63,541 nt of DNA, filler included, from Sluysia triapertura (GCA_046118255.1; 5 parts of 5 records of this genome joined end to end with filler, not necessarily neighbours in it), one strand, 5' to 3'; numbered from the whole stretch's first letter, positions 13,134 through 27,760 are shown. The notes: generated by a model not told the origin, from the letters alone. A program made the numbers and translations.

Positions 13134-13567
13134 TATTAAATTCAATTTATAGTATATTTTCATTGATTATGCTATTGATGTGACACAAAAGATAAATACA
13201 ATGTTATTTATTGTAATCAAAGGTTTTGAAATGAAATGTTCTAATAGTAATTAGTACTTTAACTTATTTAAATAAAATATATTAAAGATAAAGTTGAATA
13301 TATTATTTGAATAAAGATATAGGTTAATCTAATGAAAGTTTAAGTGCTAAATAAGCTAACCTGGTTAAATTGATTTTTAAAATGAACATAAATGTGACAT
13401 TTAGTCTTTAAACAATTATTTAATTAATGAAAATATTAGAAAATTAAAACGTACTACTTTGTAAAATATCTAAGAATATATTTCTCTATTATTAGAATAT
13501 GTACCTGTACATTGTGAATACCTGACAGTTTAGAATACATAGGTTCGACATGAAACAGTGTGTTATA

Positions 13568-14152
13568 CCTTGTTTCTCCAAAAATAAGACGGCTTATATT
13601 AATTTTCACTCCAAAATATGATCTATTTTCGTATATCGAATAACAAAGTTACAAAGCAAAGAATTATGAAATTTCTAAATATATAAAAACACGATAACCG
13701 ATCTACACTTGCAAATGTACAACACGTTTTATGTTTAAAACCAACAAATAAAAATCTTTCAAACGTGTTTTTATCACAATGAACAATCTTAATTTAACTT
13801 ATTTTCATTTTTTAAAGTCATTTTCATGGATATTGTGCGCAGAGGACAGATGTTTTGATAAATACTAATAAAATCTTACTTGGAGTAATGTCTCAAAGTG
13901 AATCACAATAAGAATCTTTCTATTACAGTCAGAAAGTAAACCAGAATGCTTTGACAAAATGTATTGTAATTTAAATCTAATTGTGCTTTAAATCCAAAAG
14001 TATATCCTAAATAATGCATTGAACGCCGTCTCATCTCATTGACATTTATTAGGTATCCTAATCAACTATCAGCCAGGGCCTATTTCAGGAATAGGTCTTA
14101 AATTAAATCATCCTGAAACATCAGGCTGGATCTTAATTTCGGGGATGCACGG
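13568..14152. mobile_element. Non-autonomous Tc1/mariner-superfamily (Tc2/pogo-like) MITE, 585 bp
   Basis: Imperfect TIRs TA-CCTTGTTTCTCCAAAAATAAGAC (left) and TA-CCGTGCATCCCCGAAATTAAGAT (reverse complement of right end). Flanked by TA at 13566-13567 and 13153-equivalent right flank 14153-14154. Confidence 0.8.
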
Positions 14153-15149
14153 TATTATTAAGCATAACAAATGAAATTGAATTCAATAAAACAGAACACA
14201 TTTCCTGTGAAACTTGATAATTTTTGTAGTGCTTCAAAACAGTTTAACATAATTAATGAAGAATAATACATCACATTTGAAAACTGGAATAAATTAGTAC
14301 GAAACAAATATATGATTGTTCAAAAATATATGATACATTTGAAATTTTGTTTTAATATTATTCGAGAATTTCAAAAATACACGTTTGGAATTTTATCAAA
14401 ATAATCATTGTTATTGTTACTCATTGATTGGATTAACACATGGTTAAGGGATGTGGAATATGTGGTACTAATCAAAAACAATATATAACATAAATATAAT
14501 AGGTAATTTTTTGAAACGATAGTAGATGTGTAAAATTCAATTTTGAGCAATATATACGTTGAATACAATAAGAAAAGAAAAATAAATTATGCTTATGATT
14601 TTGTTACGTTAAACATTTAAAATCATAAAGTTTGTGATCTTCAGATGTAGGGCCGTCTTATATGAATAACAAAAATCTGGGTACACTAAATGAATACATG
14701 GTAAGAGGATCTTTGATGATGATAATTTGTATTGAATAGGACATAAGGTTTTCCATTAGTGACAAATTTTACATGAGATATATTTAATGTACTGAATTAA
14801 AGAGAAGATTGGGCATAGATAAATTTTCCCAATTGAATTAAAATTTTGTCCAACATTTTAAATATGTTAAACTAAATGATGTTATTAGAAAAGTACTGAC
14901 TTAACACACTTCTTGAAACATGGAATAAATTCACTGAGATATGTGTCATAATAATTAACTGTATTTTTAAACTTTTTGTAAATCTATATTGAAACTCCAT
15001 TTAAACCTTAATTTCACAGACTAGTTAAACTAAATTTCACAGATTAATGTTCTAGTTCTAACTTTAATAACAAAGTTTTTAATAAATTCGTTATAAATTT
15101 TTGGAAACAAATTTTTATAGTACGGAGACAACCTGACTTAACACAATAA

Positions 15150-15872
15150 ATATTAAGACTTATTATTAAAGAGATTTAAATCATGAACACAAACTAAATA
15201 ACAAACTAAATATGCATAATTTATACTATCAAACAATTCAGAAATATTATTTGGACATAAGTTATAAGAAACAGAAAGCACGAAGTCATTTCCATCGAAG
15301 ATTAGAGTAAAATTTTCGAAGTTACAATAGAATGATAGAATAAATAAAAAAGGGACGGAATCCAATTAATTTGCTGAATATATGCATAATGCCAATAAGT
15401 ATTATATGATAAATTTGATGGGTTTATTCTGTTTTCACAATTTTTTAAACTAAATCACCGTCTAATTCAGGACTACTCGCTCCTTATTCGAATATCAATC
15501 TTTCTATTTAAAATCTGTACATTATACATAAATTTTATTTAAAGCAACCAATGGGCAAGTTGCATCAAAACTAATTCTTCTAACTCTTTCTGTACTTTGA
15601 AATGATTTAAAATTTCTTTTGTTACTTGTTCCATATTTCATCATTGATTTATTCGCAAAAGTAAATCATTAAAAACAAATATGTTGTTTTCTCGTTTATC
15701 AATAAATGAAACTTGGAAGTTTTTCTTTAAAAATAAACCAAAATATATCTTTCAACACCAATACTGACTATATATCCTTCTTTAATTATATTACATAACA
15801 TTCATGATTAATTATAAATAAAAAATACTTACCGAACATAATACAAATTGTTTTCTACTTTTCAATATTGTC
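15150..15872 (-). pseudogene. Possible class A GPCR pseudogene fragment
   Basis: Minus strand reads FVLCS, then a gtaagt donor at 15832, then GYIVSIGVERYILVYF (TM3 E/DRY-like). Track ORF 15153-15365 contains NNISELFDSINYAY (TM7-like). Stops and phase conflicts are present. Confidence 0.4.
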
Positions 15873-18139
15873 TAATTTGTAAAACTAAATATAAATTAAT
15901 ACACAAATAATGCACAACATCTAAAAGGTTCAAATAACAAATAATTTTAATTTATAAGTATAAAATCTAAGAAAGTATAAATATATAACTTACACTATTT
16001 AATGAATAAACATTAATTAATGGTTCATAATGATTATTAATGTAACTTAATACAGTTATATTAAATATCTTGTACAGTAAGAAGATATTAATTCATTATA
16101 GGACAATATTCTTTCAGCCACTATTCAACGTCAAATAGTTCTTTATATATTAATTTTGACAATTAAAAATGTTAGCTTAAATTTCATATAGAATCAATCA
16201 AATATTCATAAATTAGGCACATGATTTAAAATTTGACACTAATGCAAGTTCATTAAATTTTATTTAAAATATCAAAATGAATTTATACCGTATGAGTATA
16301 AATTTATTATTTGACTTTTAACTATTTATAAGTGAGACTAAAAACGTTTAATTTATATTAAATAAATAGTATAGATAACTAAAATGTACAAAATACAAAA
16401 TTAATATCCCAAAATTGTGTAGAATATTATAAATATTTACATGTAAAACTATATCTTTGCATAGCAGAGATTTCGAGTACAAATACAAGTTAGTATTTGT
16501 AAATTTGGATGAAAATACTCATATCAATATCACTCCGGTTGATTCGGTATATAAATAATAATAATACTTTTATTACTATGGACGAAACATTCAAAAAAGA
16601 ACAATATAAATTGATTTTAAAGATATTACGCTTGTAATTGAAATGGTTGTGTGTTTTCTGTGGAATAAGGTATATATTTGTTTATGACTAGTGATGTCAA
16701 TGGCAAGTTTAACGAGCTTTTTGCATAATAAATTTGTGTTATGAGTTAGTTCACCATATTATACAAAATTAAAATTAGTGTTAAATTTGAATGTAGTAAA
16801 CATTTTGAAGATGAAATAATTGATTTTACTTATTCATTTAAAGAAACTTTTGCGCTATATTACGATACACGAATTATCAAATAGGAAATATGTAGTGGTA
16901 TACGCCTTTTAATTATGAGGTTGGTGATAATGACGCCGATGAAAACAATTATGAAACAACTTTAGAAAATAAAAAAATTTCATATCAAAAATAAGACAAT
17001 TAATATGTTAAACTACGTAGTATATCTGGAATATTCTGATAATATTAAAAATGAAACAAAAATGTTACCAATTTCTTCTTAGAAAGTCTAATTATTATAA
17101 ATTGTTTGAAAAAAAAGAATTAAGAATATTTAAATCTTTTTGATGCTATGCTTATTATAATGAATAATGGAATTGAAGCATATGCACTGAAATATTTCAA
17201 TCAACAAATGAATCTTAACAAATTTAATATAAAAATTAAAGAAATAAAATGAGAAATTTTNNNNNNNNNNAACACAAAATATTATGTTTCTAATTCAAAA
17301 ATTAATGATAATAATATTCAATATATTAATAAATAAATCTTTAATAAACATAATAATAGTAATAATAATAGTAATAATAATTTTAAATCAACAATGATAT
17401 AATAATGATAATGATAACTAACCAACTACATCTAAAACATGTAATAATTGTAATAATAATTTAGAAAAATCAATATTAGAAAATGGTAAATATTTCTGCA
17501 ATAATGAATATTTATTAAAATTGTTAAGATAAGAAGCACATGTAAAGTATGTAAAGATTAATCTAAATGGTAAGTGAAACAAAAATGTTTAAAGTTTACT
17601 GTTCTAAATATAAGTTTTGAAATATGTAAACATAAGCAAAAGAAATTTATAATAATTTAATTAAATTAAAATATATTGTATCATTGAAAGGAATATCTAA
17701 TTTACTATAGATGATTGAATATTAATATTACTTCCAAATAATACAAAAGAGGATATTCCAATTAAGTTTTATATTTACTTTTATTGTATGATTAATATGT
17801 AGATATAACTGTACTATCTAATTGAATAGTTTAATTTATCTTTATCACATATACTTTATCAATGGTATTATTTTATTTTTAGTTATTTTATTTTTGTCTA
17901 TTTATTTCTTTGCTAGCTACAATTTTTTCATTAGTCAAAATATTTATGTTATTTATTTTTTACAAGTCGTGATTAACTTGTTAAATATATAAATTTTTTG
18001 ATTAATGAAAGGCAATGAAAAGAACTATAATAATTTTAATCCTTAGTTTCCTTTTCTTACTAAAACTATATCATACTTGCATAAGATTAAACAATGTAAT
18101 AATATATATTGAATGTTAAAATTGTGTTTAAATGCGTAA

Positions 18140-18890
18140 TTTTGAAACAGCATACAATTTGGGTCCACAAAATGCTTTGAAGAAACTGAGTGAAAAAGAA
18201 AATGAAGTAAATGAATTAAGTGATAATAATTTCACAGAGTATGAAGATATAAGTACCTTATCCTGATCAATTACTTCATTTGAAGGCGATGTTGTCAGTT
18301 TCAGTAACGAGGAAATCGGTTTATCTCGAAGTGACATGGATTCCGCCGTTACACAATTTCAGTGATTTATATGGGGATTAAAAGTAAATTTATCTGTCAA
18401 TAGTAATAATTTTGATGAATTTTCACTATTTCGTGATGATGCTTTAGTTACTGAAATTGTACCAAAGAATTATCGAAAATTACATATGTTTCTGGCAAAT
18501 CAAATTTGAAAAAGTGGAATAATGAATTTTTTGAGATTGTGAATTATTATGAAAAATATTCGTATACCTAATTTCAAATCAGTGAAGAACAAATGTTCTT
18601 TATTACTATCCTTTGTTTGAACAAAAGGTTTCGAAGCAATACTTTATTGTTTACGGTTTTGCCATTATAAGGCCGATAAAATTGAACAAGTGTTGAATCA
18701 TTGGAGGAAAACATTTAAAATGTGTACTATAAGTGACAGAAGTTATCAATATGCGAAGTTTTACTCTGATGATAAGGTTGGTGAGCATTTAGGCAATATA
18801 TTCCACTCAAAACGCAAGATATGGAATAACAAATACGATTTGTGCACTTCTGATGGTTTCGTTCTAAACTTTATAATTTATTGTGAAATA
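18140..18890 (+). mobile_element. piggyBac transposase remnant, N-terminal half
   Basis: Acidic N-terminus, then FSLFRDDALVTEIV, GFEAILYCLRF, DKIEQVLNHW and SKRK...YDLCTSDGFVLNFIIYC, which are typical PGBD motifs. Stops and frameshifts present. Confidence 0.75.
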
Positions 18891-19009
18891 ATTAATGGTC
18901 GCGTCTTTGTGTTGTGCGATTATTTGGAAAATGGTCGAACAATTACAACAACATCCAATTAGCCACTTTTTATACTGCTAGAATTTTTCTTATCCTAGTT
19001 TTACGAATA

Positions 19010-19900
19010 AAATTAAATGTAAATTGTTAGTTCACCAACATACTAGTCTTACTGGTTAGGGCTGTCCGTTGGATTGTGAGATTGAGAAAACTTAGTGCTT
19101 GTGTAGATTACTTTAATTTGGCTAAAAAATTTAATAAATGGTGGATATTTTATTCAACATGAATTTTAAGGTAATCAAAAGATTTAGTAATTATTTTAAT
19201 GTGGTTGGTCAAAAATGAACCGAAAACATTTCAAATAGGAATTTTAGTTGAATAGGATTCTAAATTGAACCTCTAAAATTGAACAATGTTGAATTTAATG
19301 AGGTTCTAAAATGAACCTTAAATACTAAAAATATTAGATTAACAATAACAAATAATAATAAAGTATATTCAAATAAAAACATAAAACGTTATAACAAAAT
19401 TTTACAAAGATTATTTTACAAATAATCTTATAATACTTTAATGAGCTACTTAATTAAACAGTAGCTTTTAATATTAACAAAAGTATTTTAAGTAAATAAA
19501 GTTATATTATTAAAGATTTCTATATTAAAGATTTCTAAAAACCTTAACAAAAAATAACTAACGATAATTTTTCGAAAGTGAAAATCTGAAAATATAAATG
19601 TGGATAGACTGAATTAGTTAGTTGAAAATCTTGAGGAGTGAAACGAATATAGATCTTTTGAACTGTTAAGAATATTGAAAAATTCTTGTAAAAAATTTGT
19701 GAAAATTGTAAGAATTTCGTGTCTTAAATATTAAGAAGACTTTTCAAACAATAATTTAAATATTATCATTAATAATAAAAATAATAATTTAAATAAAATA
19801 ATTTAAATAGAATAATAATAATAGTATTCCCAAATAGTAAAAACTAATTAACTGCCTACTTTAAAAATTTAAAATTTTCCAAATTTAAAATTCCAAACCA
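19010..19900 (+). repeat. Family X unclassified coding-like repeat, copy B
   Basis: 19026-19076 GTTAGTTCACCAACATACTAGTCTTACTGGTTAGGGCTGTCCGTTGGATT matches the reverse complements of 29327-29377 and 57981-58018. 19390-19575 matches the reverse complement of 28810-28945. Confidence 0.75.
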
Positions 19901-20099
19901 AAAACATTTTCAAATTAATATTAACAACTTTTAAAAATAATATTAAACATTAATAATTAATCGATAATTTTAATTAGCATACTTCTATTGATAGTTTTAA
20001 TTATCATTTGCATACATTTGTATATACCAATATAACATTCATGCATCTGTATATACTAACATAACATTGCATCTTAATAACAATACAAAAACAAGACAA

Positions 20100-20530
20100 A
20101 TATTGTGGGAACACTTCGAAAAGATAGCAAAGACAACTCCAAATTTGTCACTGAGAAAAACTAAAGAAATAAGAATCAATTTTTTCAAGAATCAATGTTT
20201 CATTGCAGAAATGGAAAATAAATCGTGACGTAAATCATTTAAAGAAATACGATATAGAAATGGGCGAGTAGCATATAAACCCTCTGTTTTTTCTGGTTGT
20301 AATGAGAATATATCAGATTGGTATATCAAATTGTTTTTTCAGTTATTTGACATACCAATTATTCCACACAGCATTTCCTAAAAAACTGAAAATTTCTTCG
20401 ATGCCGCGCGTGCTCATCAATAAACAGCACACAAGTATTGTTTACCCTACAAAATGCGTAAAAAATATTCAAGCGTATCACTTGGACTATGTATAGAAAA
20501 ATGTTTCAAACTATATCAAACAAATAAATA
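20100..20530 (+). mobile_element. piggyBac transposase remnant, C-terminal half with Cys-rich domain
   Basis: VSLQKWKINRDV (KWxDKRDV motif), WYIKLFFQLFD, RCRAC and LGLCIEKCFKLYQ. Confidence 0.75.
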
Positions 20531-22559
20531 ACATGCATTTTAATGTAAAAATCAATTTTAATTTTACTTTTATTTTACAATTTAAATGATTTCATTTTAA
20601 AAGTTATTTGACGTAATTTTATCATTTTCTAAATTATTTTCATTTTATTTAATAATTTATATGTACATTTAATATTTTACTTATGATTTATTTATTTAAT
20701 ATTTTATTTACGATTTATTATAAGATATTACCAGATTTTATGTATTCTTTCTTCGTTTTATCAGTTTTTCAATGTTATATTTACTTGCTTTGCATCTCTT
20801 TTAAACTAAATTTTTCAGCCGTACAAGATTATATAACATTTTTGAATTTCAAAGTGAATGCTTATCTAAATAAAATGATAACGTTCTGTTATATAATTCG
20901 CTTTATGTATCTATATTGTCAGTAAAATTTAAATCAGTTTTTGCCAAATGTTGAATTTGTATTTTATATTTCAGTTTTTAATTTTATTATTTTAATATAA
21001 ATAATTTTGTTAAAAACATTTTAATATCATTTTTAGTTATTGTTATTGTTATAAAATTAAACAATATGATTTAGTTTTAAAATGATTTAGGCAAAAATTC
21101 ACTTATATAAAGAAGAAAATCAAATTTACTTATTGATAAAATATCTGATGTGATTGCCGGCAGTTTAAAATTTTATATTTAATGAACTCGTTAATCATTA
21201 AGGACTTAAGTCCTGCTTTACTTTATTATAGGGTTATTCATTTTTATATTAACTATTATTCAATTTTATATTAACTAATATTCATTTTTATATTGACATA
21301 GTTTAAAAATGTTCCAAAAATTATTAGAGGTGAAATCGAAGCTGAAACGATAGATTGGTGAAATTGATTACTAAATTTAATGTTTTCAAAGCACATTCAA
21401 AGCATATTGCAGTCTTTATAATTATTGTACACTAAATATTGAAAACTTTCCAACCATTTATGGTATTATTAAAAGTATCTTCTCATTCAAAAGAACATAC
21501 AAACCTTGCATCCACTCATGCTCACTTACAACCTTCATTAATCGTTTGTTGATTACCTTTATAATAAAACATAATTAACAAAAATTATAGTCTTAAAGTA
21601 TAATATCTGAGTATTTTTTAAATAAATAACTTGAACTTTTCTGTAATCAGCAAAAGAAAGATAGAATATAAAACGAAAGTTACATAAACTGTTACATAAA
21701 CATCACGCCAGGCACAAGGACACATGATTAATATAACGTCCGAATAAGTTACTTGCTACGTTAAAAGTAACACTATCAAAGAGAACGATCATATGTAATC
21801 TACAAAATTTATTAGAAGAAGGTACTGCTAAGCTCGAAAATAACTATAAGCACAGGAAGCAATATGTGAAGTAAGTATTCCATAGAAAAATGTAAAAAAT
21901 AAATAAAAAAGTAAAAGTAAGAGTACTTTTCATAATGATGTTGATGGAAGCAAGGATTTCGATATGAATAAGATTAATTTTGATAATAATGTGATCAAGT
22001 ATATCAATGATTTTATTGTAGAATTTATTGTTTAATTACTGCATTAAATATAATGAAATGATAATGTTTGGAGTATGTTTTGTGGATGGCGACGAAATTA
22101 TGTAGACAGCCAGGACACCACATCTGATTAATCTGGAACACACATTTAATATTCAATATAAATTTTTCCAGACTTTTAAATTTATTTCTGGTTTTACTTT
22201 ACATTCTTACACAAAAAGAAATACAATTACATTATTTTCAATATCCAATTTCGTGCAATCAATAGAACAATATTAATATTTAAATAATTATCCTTATTTT
22301 TTGGAAAAATTGAAATAGATTCCTCACATCAATTGTACAAATTCTGTTGCAATAGTTAATAGTTATAGATTTGTTAAAGTTTAATTTTTGTAATTATTTT
22401 AAATAAGTGAGCATTTGAAATCCATCAAGGAATAAGTATAATTTTAAATTATTTAATCATCATTTTGCTTCTGTATTTTTAAATTTTCAAAATGATAAAT
22501 TAAGGTAGAATTTAATTTTGCGTAAGAAGATATTTGTTTTCCATATTGGATCATTTATG

Positions 22560-22722
22560 TATTAATGTACAGGCCCAAAGTACCATTTAGAACAATTATA
22601 GTATAATTGATTATAATAAAATAAAATTCTTAGACGAGGCTCAGTGCTCAGTAGTGTGCATAACTATGAGGTGAGAAGTACCTAGTTCGAATCCCAGGCA
22701 GTCCATTTATCGATGTCTAATA
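22560..22722 (+). repeat. tRNA-derived short repeat, copy 1
   Basis: A-box-like GCTCAGT and B-box GTTCGAATCC. Shares the 5' flank GGCCyAAAGTrCCAT and the 3' flank CAGTCCrTTT...GTCTAA with 31972-32122 and 32624-32769. Confidence 0.75.
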
Positions 22723-23589
22723 TACATATAAATATTATAACAAATTATCGCGGCTTTCTTTGATCTTCTAAAGCTTGTTGACATTTTAAAATGTGAATTA
22801 TTTTGAAGATAACTTTCAATTTTTTTGAATAATTAAACACAAATGATACCTGTTTCTTTATTCTTTACATTTTCTTATTAGTAATATTTCACCATTGTGT
22901 ACTATTTCAAATAAAAGTTGTATAAACGGTTTAAATTTTAATGCATATTTTAATTCATACTCTTGCAGCTTATATTCTTGAATGAAAATACTATAATAAA
23001 TAATTTAATAATAAAGCAAAATAATAAAACAAATACGGCAATATATTTAAAAAATTAAAATCCAGATAATTAATATCCCACATAATATACTTTTCGTAAA
23101 TTAGAGTGTTAAATTTAATCTTAAAAAATACCATCTTTTGACAAAATAATGATCGAAAAATTACTGAGAAATTTAGTTATTGATTTTATGCAATATAGGA
23201 AATAATATTAAAAGAATTAATAATTGATAACATTTTAAAATCATTTAAAAAACTGATAAGTTATATTTATTTAGTAGTAAAAATTGCCGCAACGTTAAAT
23301 TAAACGAATTATACTTAACTGCAACTGGTAAAATGCTGGACGCAAAATCAAATTCACAGAATATAAGATGTTATGTGAATTAAAAAAAATTAAATTAAAT
23401 AGAAAATTGTATTGATTGATGTATTGATTTGAAATAGTTTATCTCACAAAAATAGCTTTATTTCATTTAAAAATTGATTTTTATTACAATATTTTGCTTT
23501 AATTTTTAAGCTTTTTGTTTCTAAGTTATTTTTTATTGAACTTCAAAAAGACAATGACTTTTGAAATTTATAAATAATTAATGAAAATT

Positions 23590-24950
23590 TGCAGACAAAA
23601 ATTTTTATTTAATGTATTAAATTTAAAAAATTCAATGTTTAGAAGGATTGATCTGCATATGTTGTTTTCGATCAACCACGCTTCAGTATCTGAAAAAGAA
23701 ACAAAAGTTAAGTTATCTTTGATGTAATAATAAAGAATGTTTACCCTATCATTATCAATGGAACCAACGTTGTCGAATATCCTATACTTGCGAATAAGTT
23801 TGCTAATCTAGAGAAACGCTCCGTCCGGAATGCATATTGAATCTATCATCCAGCAACTGATTGACAGTGTGCACATATGCACAATTAGATCCGAATTTTT
23901 TGCATTTGCCATCTTGGTAACTTGTGTATGGACAAAGTGCTGGTCTATTACATACATCTGTACTTGATAAATCATCGAAATAATTGCGTCGAATTGAATT
24001 AACAGCAACCGATGGGACGGACATTAAATTCTGGAATATATCGTTAAAATGTTGTCCTTTATGAGGATCAGTATATTGATATAATGAGCATATCTCCAAG
24101 CCTTTTTTACATTTATCTTTGTCATCCTTATTTAACTGAGATGAGTTAATTGGTAGAGCTTTATTTGAAATTAACTTTACGCTTGCATTTATTGTAAGTA
24201 TCTTAAAAGATTTGATCCTTTTTATATTCAATGTAAAGCGGTAACGAACATTATTTTATATGGCTTAGAGTAATCATAAACTATATTAGTAACTAGTGGT
24301 GCGAGCTTTACATTTTGATTTAGATCCATCACATCAACATGACTAATTACATCTCTTCTTATTCAAAAACTCAGCATCTTTTGAATCATCTCAGATTTCA
24401 AGTAATTATGTACGAATTGGCATCATAAATTCATAAACTGCATCTTCTTCTAAATTTTCGGTTGATCTTTTAACTTCTAAGGTCGAATGACATTGAAAGA
24501 GTATTCCTATGGAGTTGTCAGTGCTTAATCTGTCTTTGTTACTGACGTTGGTGATGAGAATTCTCAAATCACAAACTTCAAGTCTAATTATATTGAACAA
24601 ATTTTTATTGTTGTCCAGACGAGTGATCGTCTGTTCTAGATTTTGATGAATAAATACTTCTGAAACATTAATATCGGATAAAGGATTTGTAAACAAATAT
24701 CATAAATGACAATTTAATGGTCTTGTTCCAATATACTAATACATAAACGTTTCCATCGTTCATGACTATCATGTTCTTGATTATTGTTATTTGAATTTAA
24801 TAAAATTATATTTCCATTTGGTGGAATGGTAATTTCCAATTCAGTTGTGGAAGTAATTATATCCATATTTGTAGGTTTGATTGTTTGTAAACTTTGATCT
24901 ACAGTTAATTCTCGTTTTACCAAACGTTTGTCTATTATTAAATCTAGATA
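23590..24950 (-). pseudogene. CCCH zinc-finger gene family member 1 (disrupted). Finger at 23934-23869.
   Basis: Track ORFs 24714-24923, 24406-24696 and 23803-24231 are collinear, and the last two are in the same frame. Finger sequence CPYTSYQDGKCKKFGSNCAYVH. Probable 55-nt GT-AG intron 23744-23690 followed by an exon reading TEAWLIENNICRSILL. Confidence 0.7.
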
Positions 24951-26219
24951 ATCTAATGTCTTTAATAGTGTTATCGTTAATGGTGGTAGTTACAAAATTG
25001 ACAACTAATAAATTAAAAATACTGAAAAATTAAAATGATAATAATAATAACAACAATAATGTTATTATTATTAATCCAAAAATGCATGAGCTTCCTTTAT
25101 TTCTTTTATTATTTCTTAACACATTTAAATACATTTTCTTAGCTTGAAGTAGATAAATGTCTAAAGATTAAATATTAGGATACTGTAAACCTTTGATGTT
25201 ACCAATTAATGTCAAGCGTTTGCAATGAGATTTTACGGTGTAGTTGCACTTCTAATATTATAAGATAATGCGTAAGTGTTTTAAATGAATTTTTAAATTT
25301 AATTGTTTTGACTGAAGATAAGTTTGAATGTTGAAAACTTATAACTTAAGTATTTTGAAATAATATGTAAATAGTTTATGTGAATTTTTAAATATACATT
25401 GGTGTTTTAAATGAAAGTAATGTTTGGATGTTAGTAAATTGTGACTTAAAAATGCACTGAAAAGAGAGTGGTTTAGTGGATGTAAAGAAGATTTTGGTAC
25501 ATTCTAAAAAGGTGGTTGTACAATATTGAAAATATGATTTTGATTATGTTCATACTGAACTATGTATAAAAAAGTCTCTAATGAGTTTTAAAATGTGAAT
25601 TATATTTTGAAAATGAATCTGATTTTGTTATGCTTAAAATAAAAATTTTAATAAAATTTATTAAATGTAATAGGTCGGCCACCACAATTGTATTTTCAAA
25701 AAGCATAAAAATTCGCTGATCACTATATGAAATATTAAGACATTTATTGATGATGATATTCCAAAGCCAATTCTTTACTTGCTAACAGAAAAGTGCGATT
25801 AATTAACATTACAATTAATACTGAATCAATAGGCAAGAATATTTTTCAAGAAAAAAGAGATATCACATAACACCTCATCTTAAAGAATTACACTGATTGC
25901 CAATAAAAGCCAAAGTATAAATAAAAGTCACGACACTAATCTATAAAAGTTTGTGTTACAGAAATTCTGAATATCGCTTTGGAAAGAGTAAAATGTGGGG
26001 AAACAAAATGGAATATTTATTTATTATTATGCATTAATTTATACAGAATGCACAATATTAATAATTATTATGTACTTTATAAGTTATACACCCGTTATGT
26101 TTCACAAATATAAAATTACTAGAAAATTATTAAATATTAATGACAAAGTTTTCCTAATTGAGAAATATTACGAAATATTTACTTCAATCTCTTTTTAGTA
26201 GGTTTTTCACAATATATAA

Positions 26220-26221
<2 letters not shown>

Positions 26222-26288
<67 letters not shown>
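26222..26288. repeat. (ATT)n microsatellite at contig end
   Basis: Pure ATT run up to the gap. Confidence 0.95.
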
Positions 26289-26388
26289 NNNNNNNNNNNN
26301 NNNNNNNNNNNNNNNNNNNNNNNNNNNNNNNNTTAATTAATTAANNNNNNNNNNNNNNNNNNNNNNNNNNNNNNNNNNNNNNNNNNNN
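26289..26388. other. Artificial contig-join linker
   Basis: N-TTAATTAATTAA-N, 100 nt. Confidence 0.98.
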
Positions 26389-26505
26389 ATTTTTATTATT
26401 AGTATTTTTAAATGAATATTATTATGACATTTTTATTATTAGTATTTTTAAATGAATATTATTATGACATTTTTATTATTAGTATTTTTAAATGAATATT
26501 ATTAT
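26389..26505. repeat. 40-bp minisatellite, about 3 copies
   Basis: Unit ATTTTTATTATTAGTATTTTTAAATGAATATTATTATGAC starts at 26389, 26429 and 26469. Confidence 0.9.
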
Positions 26506-26879
26506 ATTATGACATTATTATTATTATTATCATTTTAATATTATTATACGTATTATATTATTAATGCATGACATCTTAAAATGTGGAAGATTGTGTTCCA
26601 TTTCGAGGTTTTTCCTAAAAATGGAAGTCTTCAAAAACTTAATACAAAATGTGAAAAAAGAATCTATAATAATAAAGAAACAAGATAAATCATTAGAGTT
26701 ATTATTATTTAATGAAAAATTAAGTTAGTTTGTTTGTGAAAGTTTAGAACATTCTCTGGTGTTTCTTGATTAACTTTATTAAGGAGCATCGTGAAATCAT
26801 ATATCTTATCTTTTATAATTTTTTCATCATCTAAAACTCCATAAATGTTTCGCTGCTCCGGTCTTCATTAACATTAGTA

Positions 26880-27760
26880 TCGTCACCGATTGTCAATGAA
26901 CTAGAATTCTCCACAGAATCCTGATCGACCAGACAATCTTTATGTTGATGTTTTCCACTATCATCAATTGCAACGCTCAGGGCTTTTGCGAAGCAGTTTC
27001 GCATTACATATTATTGAGTTATTTCATCCCAGGCCATTTTGAACAAAATATTGCATCTAATATGGTGATTCTTTTTATCACTTCATTTATTCTACCGCAA
27101 ATAAATTATTAAAATGATTTTTTAATGTTTTGATTATTCTCTGAACACTCGTTTTTTTGGAAATAAGACTAAGTCGATGTTTGAATGTTCAACAGAAAAA
27201 CATGACAAGTTATATTGTCCACTAACAGAGCTATTTTTCATTTAAATGAGGTAACCGATTTTAAAAAATTATTTATGTGAAGAATCATATTCGGTCTGTT
27301 CTACGTCTGTTCTAACTACAGCATGAAAGTATTGTGAAGTGTTCTTTTCTGATTTTATTTCTTCAACAAAACTTTTAATTAAGAGTATCTTATATAGAAA
27401 CTGTTTCATCGCAATTTAAAACATTTTCTTCCACGTATTCCTCAATTAGATTACCTTTTGATTGAAACTTTCTGATCGGAATTCGCCTCATAGAGTTTTG
27501 AATTTGATGCCAAATTGTTTTCTTAATCTGTGAAACGACAAAGTCTTTATTAGAATTCTTTTTGCGTTTTTACGTGCTATAAACTTCAAAGTTGACTCAT
27601 TCATTTGATTATGGGGATAACGAAAATTTTGGTGAACATCTATACTCAATCGTATTTCATTATCCCGTTTGATGTGGAGCAAAAATGAACTGAGGTTTCC
27701 TTCTTTTTCAATTTCAGACGGTGCAGACTTTTAGAAGTCGGGTATTTTCATAAATATATT
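26880..27760 (-). mobile_element. pogo/Tigger-type DDE transposase remnant
   Basis: FHRLRKQFGIKFKTL*GE (end of CENP-B-type HTH), EEYVEENVLNCDET (first catalytic D motif), DNITCH, and ITILDAI..MAWDEITQ..RNCFAKA (typical Tigger C-terminus). Many stops. Confidence 0.88.

Noticed and set aside
16570-16900. Merlin/IS1595-like transposase (MDETFKKEQYK...CVFCGIR)
   Set aside because: Only two short degenerate motif resemblances and no TIRs found, too weak to list as a feature.
26158-26340. Poly-Ile ORFs here and at 53130-53318
   Set aside because: Translation of (ATT)n microsatellites and N runs.
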